NCBI GenBank assembly: GCA_024761205.1
Contig: JAMASS010000024.1
Coordinates: forward strand, 12,079 to 76,078
Reading direction: 5' to 3'
DNA: 64,000 bases
Source: Limisphaerales bacterium
GTDB taxonomy: Bacteria; Verrucomicrobiota; Verrucomicrobiia; Limisphaerales; AAA164-E04
The notes beneath the pieces are model-generated. The model was not told the DNA's origin. It worked only from the letters and a program-made list of their open reading frames with translations, and made no database searches. Shown here one piece after another: positions 10,543 to 20,251 of this stretch. Positions within the stretch are counted from its first letter, which is position 1. Each line of letters opens with the position of its first letter. Both the position numbers and the translations under genes were made by a program.

Positions 10543-12013
10543 CGAGCGCCGGAGTGATTGGTGCTAACTTTCGTTCTCTCACCTTCAACGCATCATTGGT
10601 TGCCGTGGTTGGGGTCTCCGAAACCGCAGGAATGGTGATTCTGAAAGTTGATCCCTGATCAGGCACACTGTGAAGTGTGATTGTACCGTTGTGCGCTTCC
10701 ACGATGGCTTTTACTAAGCTCAGTCCGAGACCTAAACCTCGTTGTGAACGACTTCGATCCGCTCTGAAAAGGCGTTCCCAGATCCTTGATTGATCAACTT
10801 CTGTGATACCTTGTCCAGTATCGTGAATTTTGACGATGATCGCTTCGCCTTTTTTGGAGGCTGACACGTCGATTGAACCATTGGGGGTGTTGTATTTTAC
10901 GGCGTTGTCCAACAGGTTGGCGATTACTTGACGCATTCGTTGTCCGTCGATATTGGCTTCAATTGGATTGGGATAATCCCGGTTGATGCGAATGCCTTGT
11001 TCGTCGGCGACGTAGCCGTACATTTCTGTGGTGTTATCGAGAATCTGGCTGAGATTGGTGGGTTTGATATCCAAATGCATCATTCCAGCTTCGGCCTCGG
11101 CGAGAGACATGAGGGTGTTGATCAAGGTCAATAGCCGGTCGGATTCTTCCAGGCAATCGGCCAGTGCCTCGGACTGTGCGGACTTGCCCGGTTGCGACTG
11201 CAGAGCCATCTCTGCGGTGCCTCGGAGCCCGGTCAAAGGAGTTCTCAGATCATGAGCGACATTGTCCAGGGACTCACGCATGTTGCGGATTAGCGATTGA
11301 TTTTGATCGAGCATTTGGTTGAAGAGATGGGCGAGCTCGTCGAGTTCGTCCGCCGTGTTTGAGATGGGAACCCTAGCGTCCAAATTGCGGGTCTTGATAA
11401 TCGACTGCACTGTGGAAATGATTTGCCGAATCGAGCTGAGGGTTCGGTGGGTAAAGATGGAACCACCGATGAAACCCAGGAGAATGATCGGGATGAGGGA
11501 GGCAATAAAGACCTGCCGGAATGGTTCCAGTAGGTGGTCACGACTGTTGGTGACTTTTCCGACGACCATGGTACTTCCGTCAGCGAGAAGCGTTCGATGG
11601 AAAATCAGGTCTCGTTCGTCATCTTCCGGAATCCGTAGCCAACTCGGGCTGCGTAGGATCAGGGGCCCGAGTCGAACGACATCGAACTGAATCCAATTGT
11701 CTGACGCTTCCAGGAAAATCTCGGCGCCTTGAGCCGTCGTGATTCGGACGAAGAACGAATTCAATTTGCGGGATCGTTGTTGTTGATTGATCCAGCTTTT
11801 CAATTTTCTCGGACCGCCGTCGTAGTAGACTTGGGCGTAGTCTTGAACTTGGGCCTTGAGGGATTCGCGATCTCGAGCGGCGATGAGGTAGCTGAGGAGA
11901 AAGTAGAGAACGATAAACAGGGCGATAGCACTCAAAGAAAAGAGGCCACCGTACCAGAGATTGAGCCGAAAGCTGGTGGTCCTGAAGTAGCGACTAGCTT
12001 TACTTAAGGACAT
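10517..12013 (-). CDS. sensor histidine kinase (HAMP-HisKA-HATPase, CusS-like architecture)
   Basis: Two N-terminal TM helices, H-box 'NVAHDLRTPLT', N-box 'LLDNAVKYN' and G-boxes 'DTGQGI' and 'GLGLGLSLV'. The start is taken at the ATG at 12013; an alternative GTG lies at 12025. It overlaps the 3' end of the response regulator gene. Confidence 0.85.
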   Translation of the reverse strand: MSLSKASRYFRTTSFRLNLWYGGLFSLSAIALFIVLYFLLSYLIAARDRESLKAQVQDYAQVYYDGGPRKLKSWINQQQRSRKLNSFFVRITTAQGAEIFLEASDNWIQFDVVRLGPLILRSPSWLRIPEDDERDLIFHRTLLADGSTMVVGKVTNSRDHLLEPFRQVFIASLIPIILLGFIGGSIFTHRTLSSIRQIISTVQSIIKTRNLDARVPISNTADELDELAHLFNQMLDQNQSLIRNMRESLDNVAHDLRTPLTGLRGTAEMALQSQPGKSAQSEALADCLEESDRLLTLINTLMSLAEAEAGMMHLDIKPTNLSQILDNTTEMYGYVADEQGIRINRDYPNPIEANIDGQRMRQVIANLLDNAVKYNTPNGSIDVSASKKGEAIIVKIHDTGQGITEVDQSRIWERLFRADRSRSQRGLGLGLSLVKAIVEAHNGTITLHSVPDQGSTFRITIPAVSETPTTATNDALKVRERKLAPITPALARKTGSHS

Positions 12014-12662
12014 AGCCAACTCCACGAATCGTGTGGATGAGTGTTTTTTCTTTATCGATCTTGTTTCTCAGCCGGGATACCAGGACGTCGACGATGTTCG
12101 TTTGCGGGTCAAAACTATAGTCCCAGACATGCTCGAGAATCATCGTCTTGGTTACCACCCGTCCCGCGTTTCTGGCCAGAAATTCGAGGAGAGAGAACTC
12201 ACGCGGTTGCAAATCGTAGGATTCTTGGCGACGCTTGACCTCGCGAGTGAGAAGGTCGATCTCGAGGTCTCGAAGCGTCAGCCGTGTTGGTTCCTCGGCG
12301 TGAGAGGCTCTTCTCAACAGCGCTTGGACTCGAGCCAGCAGCTCAGAGAAAGCGAAGGGTTTGGTCAAGTAATCGTCCGCGCCCGACTGCAGGCCTTTAA
12401 CGCGATCGTCGACCGCCGACTTAGCGCTGAGAATGATTACGGGGACAGACACATTGTGCCCGCGAAGTGCCTTGAGAAAGGAAAGGCCATCCAGTTTTGG
12501 CAGCATCAAGTCCAAAACAATGATGTCGTAGTCAACTGTGCGGGCAAGGGTCAGGCCGATTTCTCCATCGGCCGAGTGGTCCACAGCGAAACCGTTCTCT
12601 TTGAGCCCTTTAACGATAAATGAGGCAATCTTGTCATCGTCCTCTACGACCAGCGTGCGCAT
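12000..12662 (-). CDS. OmpR-family response regulator (CusR/CopR-like)
   Basis: Receiver domain 'RTLVVEDD...DLMLPKLDG...ADDYLTKPF' plus a winged-helix C-terminus '..IHTIRGVGYVLK'. Confidence 0.9.
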   Translation of the reverse strand: MRTLVVEDDDKIASFIVKGLKENGFAVDHSADGEIGLTLARTVDYDIIVLDLMLPKLDGLSFLKALRGHNVSVPVIILSAKSAVDDRVKGLQSGADDYLTKPFAFSELLARVQALLRRASHAEEPTRLTLRDLEIDLLTREVKRRQESYDLQPREFSLLEFLARNAGRVVTKTMILEHVWDYSFDPQTNIVDVLVSRLRNKIDKEKTLIHTIRGVGYVLK

Positions 12663-12974
12663 ACCTGTAGTTCGAGTTTAGCGATCGGGTTGGTTTTGGG
12701 CGATATTTTCATCGTGGCCTCCGTCCGGGGAGGGTGTGATTGAAAAAGGTTGCTGAGACAGCACAGTTTTCTGCTATCCTTCACCAAGGTTTCGGATGGC
12801 AGGCAGAAACCTAGCGGCATCTCATCGCCTCCCGATAACGCAGTAGCGTCCTGGAGCGCGGTGATTTTTCGCTGCTTCCTCTCATTCAAAACTTCCGATG
12901 TTTCAAATGCACTCCTCCTCTATCACACTCCCGAGCAACTCAGGCCTTACCAATACGGCAATCTTGGAATAAAG

Positions 12975-13003
12975 CTCGCCTGAAGGAGCACCCTTCAGGC
13001 GAG
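12975..13003 (-). terminator. Rho-independent terminator candidate downstream of htrA
   Basis: Perfect 12-bp stem ctcgcctgaagg/ccttcaggcgag with a 5-nt loop, 35 nt after the htrA stop. On the minus strand it is followed by 'cuuuauucc'. Confidence 0.6.
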
Positions 13004-13037
13004 TGATAGGATCCAGCCCTGAGGTGAGGGACGGACG

Positions 13038-14540
13038 TTAGCCAAGCTCGCTTTCGTCTACTGTCATGAAGAAGGAGGATCCGTTGCGCCAGATCCAAAG
13101 AAGAATGATATCGCCATCGAGTGTCTCACTTTTTGCGATTGCAGCGTCTGCATCGGAAATGCGGGTTCCGTTGATTTCGCGAATGACATCCCCTAGGCGT
13201 AGTCCCGCTCGCCAAGAGGGAGATTGGCGGTCGACTTTCGTTACCAATGCCCCTCGCAGCGAGCGAGGTGCTCGAAGCCGCTGCCGAGTGTAGAAGTCTA
13301 GATCGGATACGGTGACACCATCAAGACCGCCTTCTGATTCCGGTACGAAAGAGTTACGAGAGAGCACGGGCTGGTCATCTGCCAGCTCGTCGAGGCTAAC
13401 CATGATGGATTTGAGTTTATTGTTTCGGAGGACCAGAAGATCATGGTTCGTTTGTGGGTCGGATTCTCCAATCAGTAGCTTTAGTTGGCGACTGTCTTTG
13501 ATCCGGGTGTCGTTGAATTTCGTGATCACGTCCCCGACTCGGAGGCCGGCGCGCTCGGCGGGGCCGTTGGGTGCGACGTCGGCAACGAGTGCTCCTTCTG
13601 AGTTTTCGATATCGAAGTATTCAGCGAGCTGCGGGTTGATATCTTGGATCCCCACGCCGAGGAATCCTCTGACCACCCGTCCTTTCTCGATCAGGTCTTC
13701 TATAACGTTCCGGGCGAGGTTAGTAGGAATCGCGAAACCGATTCCTTGGTTGGCACCGGTCTTGGAAAGGATGGCCGTATTGATTCCAACCAAGCGTCCT
13801 TCGATATCGACGAGTGCGCCTCCCGAATTCCCGGGATTGATGGCGGCATCCGTCTGAATGAAGTCTTCGTAGTCCAGGCCCATACTGGCTCGTCCGGTGG
13901 CACCCACAATTCCCATGGTGACCGTTTGCCCGACGCCAAATGGGTTTCCGACGGCCAGCACGATATCACCGACTTCAATCTGATCGCTATCCCCAATTCG
14001 AATGTAGGGGAGAGCGGTCGCACCAATCTTAAGCACGGCCAGATCGCTTTTGGGATCCGTGCCGACGAGTTCGGCCTGGTATTCCCGTTCGTTCGTACTG
14101 AGAATGACCTTGATTCGATCGACTCCGTCGACCAGGTGGTTGTTGGTCAGGATGTAACCATCCTCGGAAATGATCACTCCGGATCCGAGACCCTTCCGAA
14201 TGGGACCTTCAAAGCGAGGAGGAACCGGCAGATCATCAAAGAACCACCAAGGCCAGCCAAAGGGTGTTGTGCGAATTTCGCGTGAAACCGTTTTACTTGT
14301 CGTATTAATCCGCACTACGCTGGGAGAGACCTCTTTAACCACGTCTGAGAAGCTTGCTGGCACCTGACCAGTCCGCTGGATCGGGGTATCGTCGATCACG
14401 AGGTTTACGAGAGGGTGATTTGCGCCTCCGTTGGCATAGGTGAACCAGCCGAGCATAGCACCGGATCCAATGAGTGCGCTGAGGAGAGACAATAAGGTTA
14501 AATGTCCCGTTGTTCTGATGTTTCGAATGATTTTTTTCAT
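13038..14540 (-). CDS. htrA: periplasmic serine endoprotease, DegP/DegQ/HtrA family, two PDZ domains
   Basis: Signal anchor at the N-terminus. Catalytic triad contexts are 'TNNHLVDG', 'DLAVLKI' and 'GNSGGALV'. Two PDZ-like segments follow. Confidence 0.9.
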   Translation of the reverse strand: MKKIIRNIRTTGHLTLLSLLSALIGSGAMLGWFTYANGGANHPLVNLVIDDTPIQRTGQVPASFSDVVKEVSPSVVRINTTSKTVSREIRTTPFGWPWWFFDDLPVPPRFEGPIRKGLGSGVIISEDGYILTNNHLVDGVDRIKVILSTNEREYQAELVGTDPKSDLAVLKIGATALPYIRIGDSDQIEVGDIVLAVGNPFGVGQTVTMGIVGATGRASMGLDYEDFIQTDAAINPGNSGGALVDIEGRLVGINTAILSKTGANQGIGFAIPTNLARNVIEDLIEKGRVVRGFLGVGIQDINPQLAEYFDIENSEGALVADVAPNGPAERAGLRVGDVITKFNDTRIKDSRQLKLLIGESDPQTNHDLLVLRNNKLKSIMVSLDELADDQPVLSRNSFVPESEGGLDGVTVSDLDFYTRQRLRAPRSLRGALVTKVDRQSPSWRAGLRLGDVIREINGTRISDADAAIAKSETLDGDIILLWIWRNGSSFFMTVDESELG

Positions 14541-14671
14541 GTTTCGATGGGTTGTTGTTGTGTTGTTCCTTCAGGAACCATGACCGAAATATGGCATCGA
14601 ATCCTGACTTCAACCTTTCCGGTACATTACAAAAATGAAAGATTACAACCAGGAGATCAAAGAGAGAACTG

Positions 14672-15073
14672 ATGAAACGTTGGCAGTTTAGCGTGGCGCT
14701 ATTGGTGGGGTATTTGGCGGTCTTTCAGCTCTGGATTGGTGCTGACCGGGCCTTCATCGTGTCGAGTGGGGTCCTGTGGACCACCGCTTTTTTGATTTGG
14801 TGTGCCGTGGCGGCACGAAGGGGTTATTTTCTCAACCGAATCGACCTTGGGACGCATCTGCTGGTGATCCTCGATGTCCTCTTGGAATCTCTGCTGTTAG
14901 AGGACCATAGCCATATGAGATTTTGGTTATGCGCCCTGGGTTTTGGGATGGTCATGGGCGGTTACCGCTGGTATCTCCTAGGTTCGTTGAGCCAGGCGAA
15001 GATTCCTCCACAGACAGAAAAAACCTGCCTCAATGAGACAGGTTTAAACCGGGGGGAAGAACGGGGTAGATAA
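14672..15073 (+). CDS. hypothetical small integral membrane protein
   Basis: 133 aa with about four hydrophobic helices. No family recognised. Confidence 0.45.
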   Translation: MKRWQFSVALLVGYLAVFQLWIGADRAFIVSSGVLWTTAFLIWCAVAARRGYFLNRIDLGTHLLVILDVLLESLLLEDHSHMRFWLCALGFGMVMGGYRWYLLGSLSQAKIPPQTEKTCLNETGLNRGEERGR

Positions 15074-15076
15074 GCT

Positions 15077-15923
15077 CCTACGGTGTTTCTTGGGTGATGA
15101 CTCGAACGAAGAAAGCTCGGTTTAGACGGGTGCGTTCGGTGTAAACCGCTTGTCCGTCTTCACCGATCTCGATATCGTTGCCATCGTGTTGCCACTGATA
15201 ATTTAGGCCACTGGCTCTGGTGACGGTAAGCATGAGGCTGTCGTCTTCGTTGGGCAAAGCGCCTTGTGAGGCTGCTCGACGACTCAGAGTGGATTGTCAT
15301 CCTCAACGATCACAAAATCTTTATTCCGCACGGTGCGCTAGAAGGGCGCAGTCACGAGCACTGAAGTTCCAATGGCCAGGGCGCCGGCTCCTTCTCCTTG
15401 GGTTGCCAAGCACAGTTCGCATAGGTCGTGGAGATCAAGGAATTACCATTGGCATCGACTGTCGAGAGGGTGATCGGCGGTGGGAAATCCAAGACTCATC
15501 GAGCTCAGTCCCGAAAGCAGCAGAATACTGGCATGTAATTTTCCAGCATGCCCGTCACGGGCTTTCCGATACTGTTCCACGTGGAGGTTGTCGGACTTGA
15601 TACCAGCGCCACTCACCTGGAGTTAAGGCCATGTCCGGAATGGAGCATCCGTTAGTATCCGCAGTGCAGCGATTGGTCTGCCACACTCCCCCGATGACTT
15701 TGATGAGTCAAAAACCATCTGGAGCATTCATGATCAGATACTGGACCCGGTTCGCCTCGGTGGCTAAGGGATTCGAGACCAGCGAAACCCCTTGGGGGAT
15801 ATCGATCGGTACAAACCCAACGCCAACGCTTTGGCCTGATAAATTCAAAGGGCAAATGTTCAGGCCGATGGCATTTGCAACAGTCAGTAGTATAGTTTGA
15901 TTTCGAGTTTTTTGTTGCTCCAT
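15077..15923 (-). pseudogene. secreted protein remnant (Ig-like C-terminal domain), multiply frameshifted
   Basis: A signal-peptide-like start 'MEQQKTRNQTILLTVANAIG' is followed by pieces in all three frames. The 3' end reads 'LMLTVTRASGLNYQWQHDGNDIEIGEDGQAVYTE'. Confidence 0.3.
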
Positions 15924-16066
15924 TGCTGGGGATCTTTCTGCGGCATGATTGATGAGAAGTGTCGTATCAGGATGTTAGCTGTTGTCAAAGCCATTCACAG
16001 AGCTGACGTCCCGGGTTGAAAAATGAATTTTCTTCGTCGTGTTTACCCAGTATTACCTAGTGAATT

Positions 16067-17353
16067 ATGATCAGTAGAATGTGTCATTCTTTCGTTGCTT
16101 TTGGAGCAGTCTGCGTTGCTTCTGCAGCTACGGATATCAGTCATGCAAATTGGCCACAGTTTCGAGGTCCTACGGGACAGGGCATTTCTAAGGCAGAAAA
16201 TCTGCCAATTTTTTGGTGCGAGGATGTGAATGTTGGATGGAAGACGGCGATTCATGGGAAGGCTTGGTCCTCTCCCGTGGCATACGGAGATATGGTTTGG
16301 CTAAGTACCGCCACCGAGGATGGACGGCGCTTGTCTGGTCTTTGTGTCGATGTGATGTCCGGCGCAATTGAGTTTGACGAAGTGTTGTTCCAGGTAGATA
16401 AGCCTCAATTTACTCACAAATTCAATTCGTACGCATCGCCAACGCCGGTAATCGACGGTAAGAGAGTTTATATCACTTTCGGTTCTGAAGGGACTGTGTG
16501 CCTAGATATGGCTTCAAAGAAGGTGCTTTGGGCGCGTGAAGATATCGAGTGCAATCACTTTCGAGGAGCAGGGTCTTCACCTATTATTTATGAGAACCTG
16601 CTGATTATGAACTTTGATGGTAGTGACTATCAGTTCGTCATCGCTTTGGACAAGTATAGTGGCAGAACGGTTTGGCGAACGAAGCGCAGCGTTGATTTTC
16701 AGGATTTAGACGAAAATGGACTCCCTGAACGGGATGGCGATTGGCGAAAGGGCTTTTCAACTCCCCATGTGGGCTTCTTTGATGGTGTTCCGGTTCTATT
16801 ATCTCTCGGTTCCATGTGCTTGTACAGTTACGAACCGTTAAGTGGGCGGGAGCTATGGCGAGTCGAATCTCGAGTGGGTCACTCGGGGAGCACTCGACCG
16901 ACGGTAAGCTATGACCGAATCTTTTACTGTACGGGTTTTGCCAAAGGGGAGTTGTGGTGTGTCAAACCCGGTGGTGTTGGGGATGTTACGGAATCCCATG
17001 TTCTTTGGAAGCTGAAGCGAAGCGTGTCGAATAAGCCCTCATTGATACTCTCAAAGGGTTTGATTTTTATGATTCACGACGGAGGGGTTGCCTCGTGCGT
17101 GGAGGCCGAGTCGGGTCAGCCGATCTGGCAGGAGCGTGTTGGCGGTAACTACTCGGCGTCCTCGCTGTTGAACGATGGGAAGATTTATTTCTTTAGCGAA
17201 GAAGGCAAGACCACGGTGATTTCGGCATCCAAAGAGTTCGAAGTGTTGGCAACGAACCAGTTAGATGACGGATTCATGGCGTCACCAGCTGTGATCGGAA
17301 ACTCGCTAATCCTCCGAACAAAATCACACCTTTACCGTATCATCGGGGATTAG
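16067..17353 (+). CDS. PQQ-like beta-propeller repeat protein (BamB-family fold)
   Basis: 428 aa. After a signal peptide comes 'ANWPQFRGPTGQG', then repeated 'G.v..ld..tG...W' blades. Confidence 0.8.
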   Translation: MISRMCHSFVAFGAVCVASAATDISHANWPQFRGPTGQGISKAENLPIFWCEDVNVGWKTAIHGKAWSSPVAYGDMVWLSTATEDGRRLSGLCVDVMSGAIEFDEVLFQVDKPQFTHKFNSYASPTPVIDGKRVYITFGSEGTVCLDMASKKVLWAREDIECNHFRGAGSSPIIYENLLIMNFDGSDYQFVIALDKYSGRTVWRTKRSVDFQDLDENGLPERDGDWRKGFSTPHVGFFDGVPVLLSLGSMCLYSYEPLSGRELWRVESRVGHSGSTRPTVSYDRIFYCTGFAKGELWCVKPGGVGDVTESHVLWKLKRSVSNKPSLILSKGLIFMIHDGGVASCVEAESGQPIWQERVGGNYSASSLLNDGKIYFFSEEGKTTVISASKEFEVLATNQLDDGFMASPAVIGNSLILRTKSHLYRIIGD

Positions 17354-17470
17354 TTTCTTAGAGCAGACGTCAATCTGACCGTGGCAACTCTGCTAAACGG
17401 TCACAGAAACCTCACATCGTCATGTCCGAGACACAGCATGTGTACTTAGTGATTGCTTGCATCACTAATT

Positions 17471-19630
17471 TCAGGCCTTTTCCATGGTGGGATTTGACTT
17501 CGGTCGTTTCTCGGCGCCCTCTTTATATCGTTCGTTCTGATAATGGGAGGCGTAGTAGCGGTTCTGATAGTAGCAGTAGTAGTAGTAATAGGAATCTCTG
17601 CCTTCGAAATCGATATCGTTGATGATTGCTCCAATTATTTTGACTCCAGCGTCCTGAACCCTTTGCACGGATCGTCTAGCGTGATCGCGTCTTATTTTGT
17701 TAAATTTGATCACCATGATTGCGCTATCACAGAGTGAAGCGATCACGAGTGGATCACTCACAGCGGAGACGGGAGGGCAGTCGAGAATAATACGATCATA
17801 CTTCTTTCGGACTTCGGCGATGAACGATTTCATCTCCTCGGAACCGACGAGCTCAGACGGACTAGTGGGTACGGTTCCACTGCAAATGATATCCAAGCTA
17901 GGTAATTCGGTGGAATGAGTAATTTCATCAATTGAAGCAACTCTTCCGAATAGGTATTGGGTGAGCCCCACAGGACTCGGCAGTTGAAAGGCATTATGGA
18001 TGGAAGGGCGCCGGAGATCCGTATCCAGCAACAGCGTCTTTAGGCCTGTCTGAGCGGTCACGATAGCGTAGTTACATGCGGTCAGGGTTTTTCCTTCAGA
18101 CGGGATCGTGCTGGTAATGGCCGTCACCCGAAGACTGTCCTCTGGATGAGCCAGGGAGACGGAGGCCCGAATGGTTCGAAAACCTTCCGAACTAGTTGAC
18201 TGCGGGTGTAGGTGGGCCTGGAGGTCCCGTTCGATAACGCTCTTCATGCGAATGTTGGGCACGTAGCCAAGGAGATTCAAACGGAGGTAAATCTCAACAT
18301 CGTCCTGCGATTTAATGGAATCATCGAGGAAGTTCACAAAAAACGCCAATCCAATACCCACACCAATACCTCCGATGACACTCAAAATTAATGTAAGAAC
18401 CCTATTGGGTTTGAATGGCTTAAAGGGTGCTGTGGCGCGATCAACGATGCGCATGTTTTGCATCGACTCCTTCGAGCTGAGATTCATTTCTTTCGCCTCC
18501 CCCAACACCAATTCATAGAAAAACTTACTTCTCTTGGCTTTTCTCACCAAAACGTCGTATTCGACTTTCTTTTCTGAAAGCTGATGCTGCTCCGCCTCAA
18601 CCATTCTGAGATTTTCCAGAGCTGCCGATTCTTGTTCTCTGCTGATGGCAAGGCGTTGCTTCAGAGTGGCAATGACCTTTTGGGCTTCGGTCTTGATGCT
18701 GTCTTTCTGATTCTGAATTTTCTGCCTTAGTCCAATTATAGCTGGAAACTTGTCTTTGTAGCGTTTGAGGAGTCTTGCCAGTTCGGCTTGATCAATAGCC
18801 AGTTGGGCTCTCAACTGGCTGATGAGTTTAGAATCGGCCACGTAAGGAATCGTTTCGACATCGACCCCATCTCTCTCAGCCTCGTTGACTTTGAGGGCGA
18901 GTCGGGACATATCATTGGCAAATTTCTTTGCCGCGTCGTGGTCTTGTTGGGCCTGACGCAATGCTTGTGCAATGATGTTTTGGTTTTCCTCGAGAGAAAC
19001 CATAGCATGGCGCACACGATATCTGTGAACCTCTAAATCTGCGTTCTGTACCTCGCGTTCGAGGGCTTCGACTTCATTCTGTAGCCAGAGAAACGATTCC
19101 CAGGCCTTTTCTTTCCGCTGATCGAGATTGTCGGCAAGAAAGAGTTCGGCCAGGGTATTTGCGATCTTGGCAGCTTGCTTGGAACTCGGGTGCTGAACTC
19201 TTATGTCAACCAGTCGGCTGAGCCGAATTGGCACGATGCTAATGTCCTCTAGGACCGCTCCCAGCGGGTCGTCTTGGTCGTATCTCTCGTCTTCGCGCAG
19301 GTCGAGCTTGTTGACAACTTTTTGAATCAACGTGCGGCTCAAAAGATTTTTGTACTGGGTTTGGAGATAGTCATGGTCCCTGTAATTCAACGACAAAGTC
19401 GGACCTCCGAGGTTCAACAGTCCGCTTGAGAGGCGCTCGATTTCGAGTCGTGCCACAGCAAGATAGATTGGGGTGGCATTGAGGACATAGAACACGGCCA
19501 GCGTCAGTACTAAGAAAAAAGCGATTATCACTAGCCAACGTCTCTCAAGGATAACGTGCCAGTAGTGGCGAAAGCTGGAGATCTCAGATTGGTCTGAGAA
19601 TGTTCCCTCGGCTACTGATTCTTTTTCCAT
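17471..19630 (-). CDS. polysaccharide co-polymerase / tyrosine autokinase (Wzc/GumC/EpsG type)
   Basis: 719 aa. It has a Wzz-like N-terminus with coiled coil, a second TM helix, a P-loop 'TSTIPSEGKT', and a C-terminal tyrosine cluster 'DSYYYYYCYYQNRYYASHY'. Confidence 0.9.
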   Translation of the reverse strand: MEKESVAEGTFSDQSEISSFRHYWHVILERRWLVIIAFFLVLTLAVFYVLNATPIYLAVARLEIERLSSGLLNLGGPTLSLNYRDHDYLQTQYKNLLSRTLIQKVVNKLDLREDERYDQDDPLGAVLEDISIVPIRLSRLVDIRVQHPSSKQAAKIANTLAELFLADNLDQRKEKAWESFLWLQNEVEALEREVQNADLEVHRYRVRHAMVSLEENQNIIAQALRQAQQDHDAAKKFANDMSRLALKVNEAERDGVDVETIPYVADSKLISQLRAQLAIDQAELARLLKRYKDKFPAIIGLRQKIQNQKDSIKTEAQKVIATLKQRLAISREQESAALENLRMVEAEQHQLSEKKVEYDVLVRKAKRSKFFYELVLGEAKEMNLSSKESMQNMRIVDRATAPFKPFKPNRVLTLILSVIGGIGVGIGLAFFVNFLDDSIKSQDDVEIYLRLNLLGYVPNIRMKSVIERDLQAHLHPQSTSSEGFRTIRASVSLAHPEDSLRVTAITSTIPSEGKTLTACNYAIVTAQTGLKTLLLDTDLRRPSIHNAFQLPSPVGLTQYLFGRVASIDEITHSTELPSLDIICSGTVPTSPSELVGSEEMKSFIAEVRKKYDRIILDCPPVSAVSDPLVIASLCDSAIMVIKFNKIRRDHARRSVQRVQDAGVKIIGAIINDIDFEGRDSYYYYYCYYQNRYYASHYQNERYKEGAEKRPKSNPTMEKA

Positions 19631-19645
19631 ATTACTTCTACTCTT

Positions 19646-20224
19646 CTAGTACCACCGCTCGGGGACTCTGATGACGTCACCTAGCTTGACCAGGATTCGT
19701 TTCTTTGGGTCGCTCTTATTTTTCAGCAGGTCATCAAGGTCGTGCTTGGACTTCTTCCCATCTCGATACAACTCAATCCTTCCCTTCCTGGCATTCGGTG
19801 TCAATCCACCGGCTCGGGCAATGGCTTCGGTGATATCGATGGGTTGCTCCGCAGGCAATGGGTACGCGCCGGGGCGCTTGACCTCGCCCATAATGGAAAA
19901 TGTTTTTTCTTTGTACACCAGAATGTTGATCGAGACTTGGGGATTGACTAGATAATCTTTGGCTAAGAGCTCTCTGATTTTGTGTTCCACTTCTTTCGTC
20001 GTTTTGCCACCGACTTCGATGGAACCCAATAGCCAATAGGTTATGGCCCCACTGCCTGGGACGCGGGTTTCCATCGTAAGCTCCGGCTCGCCGAAGACGT
20101 TAATCTTGATTACGTCCTCTGCCTGTATTTTGTAGTCCGAGGTGGCTGCGTGGGTGTTTGGAGAGGTTTCAATGACTCTGACGAGCATTGATGCAGCTAG
20201 ACAGAAAATCGTGAGGTTGCGCAT
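19646..20224 (-). CDS. polysaccharide export protein (Wza-like: Poly_export plus SLBB)
   Basis: 192 aa with a signal peptide. Motifs 'YKIQAEDVIKINVFGEPELT' and 'GEVKRPGAYPL' fit the family. It lies 15 nt upstream of the Wzc-like gene. Confidence 0.8.
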   Translation of the reverse strand: MRNLTIFCLAASMLVRVIETSPNTHAATSDYKIQAEDVIKINVFGEPELTMETRVPGSGAITYWLLGSIEVGGKTTKEVEHKIRELLAKDYLVNPQVSINILVYKEKTFSIMGEVKRPGAYPLPAEQPIDITEAIARAGGLTPNARKGRIELYRDGKKSKHDLDDLLKNKSDPKKRILVKLGDVIRVPERWY

Positions 20225-20251
20225 AATGTCTTGTTTTTTGCTTCAACGTTT

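Noticed and set aside
12033-14285. Long plus-strand ORFs 12033..12623, 13312..13857 and 13644..14285. Similar antisense ORFs lie over the kinase, Wzc, FdhA/FdsB, bioB, gatB and ppk2 genes.
   Set aside because: They are all antisense shadows of well-supported genes in a moderately GC-rich genome.
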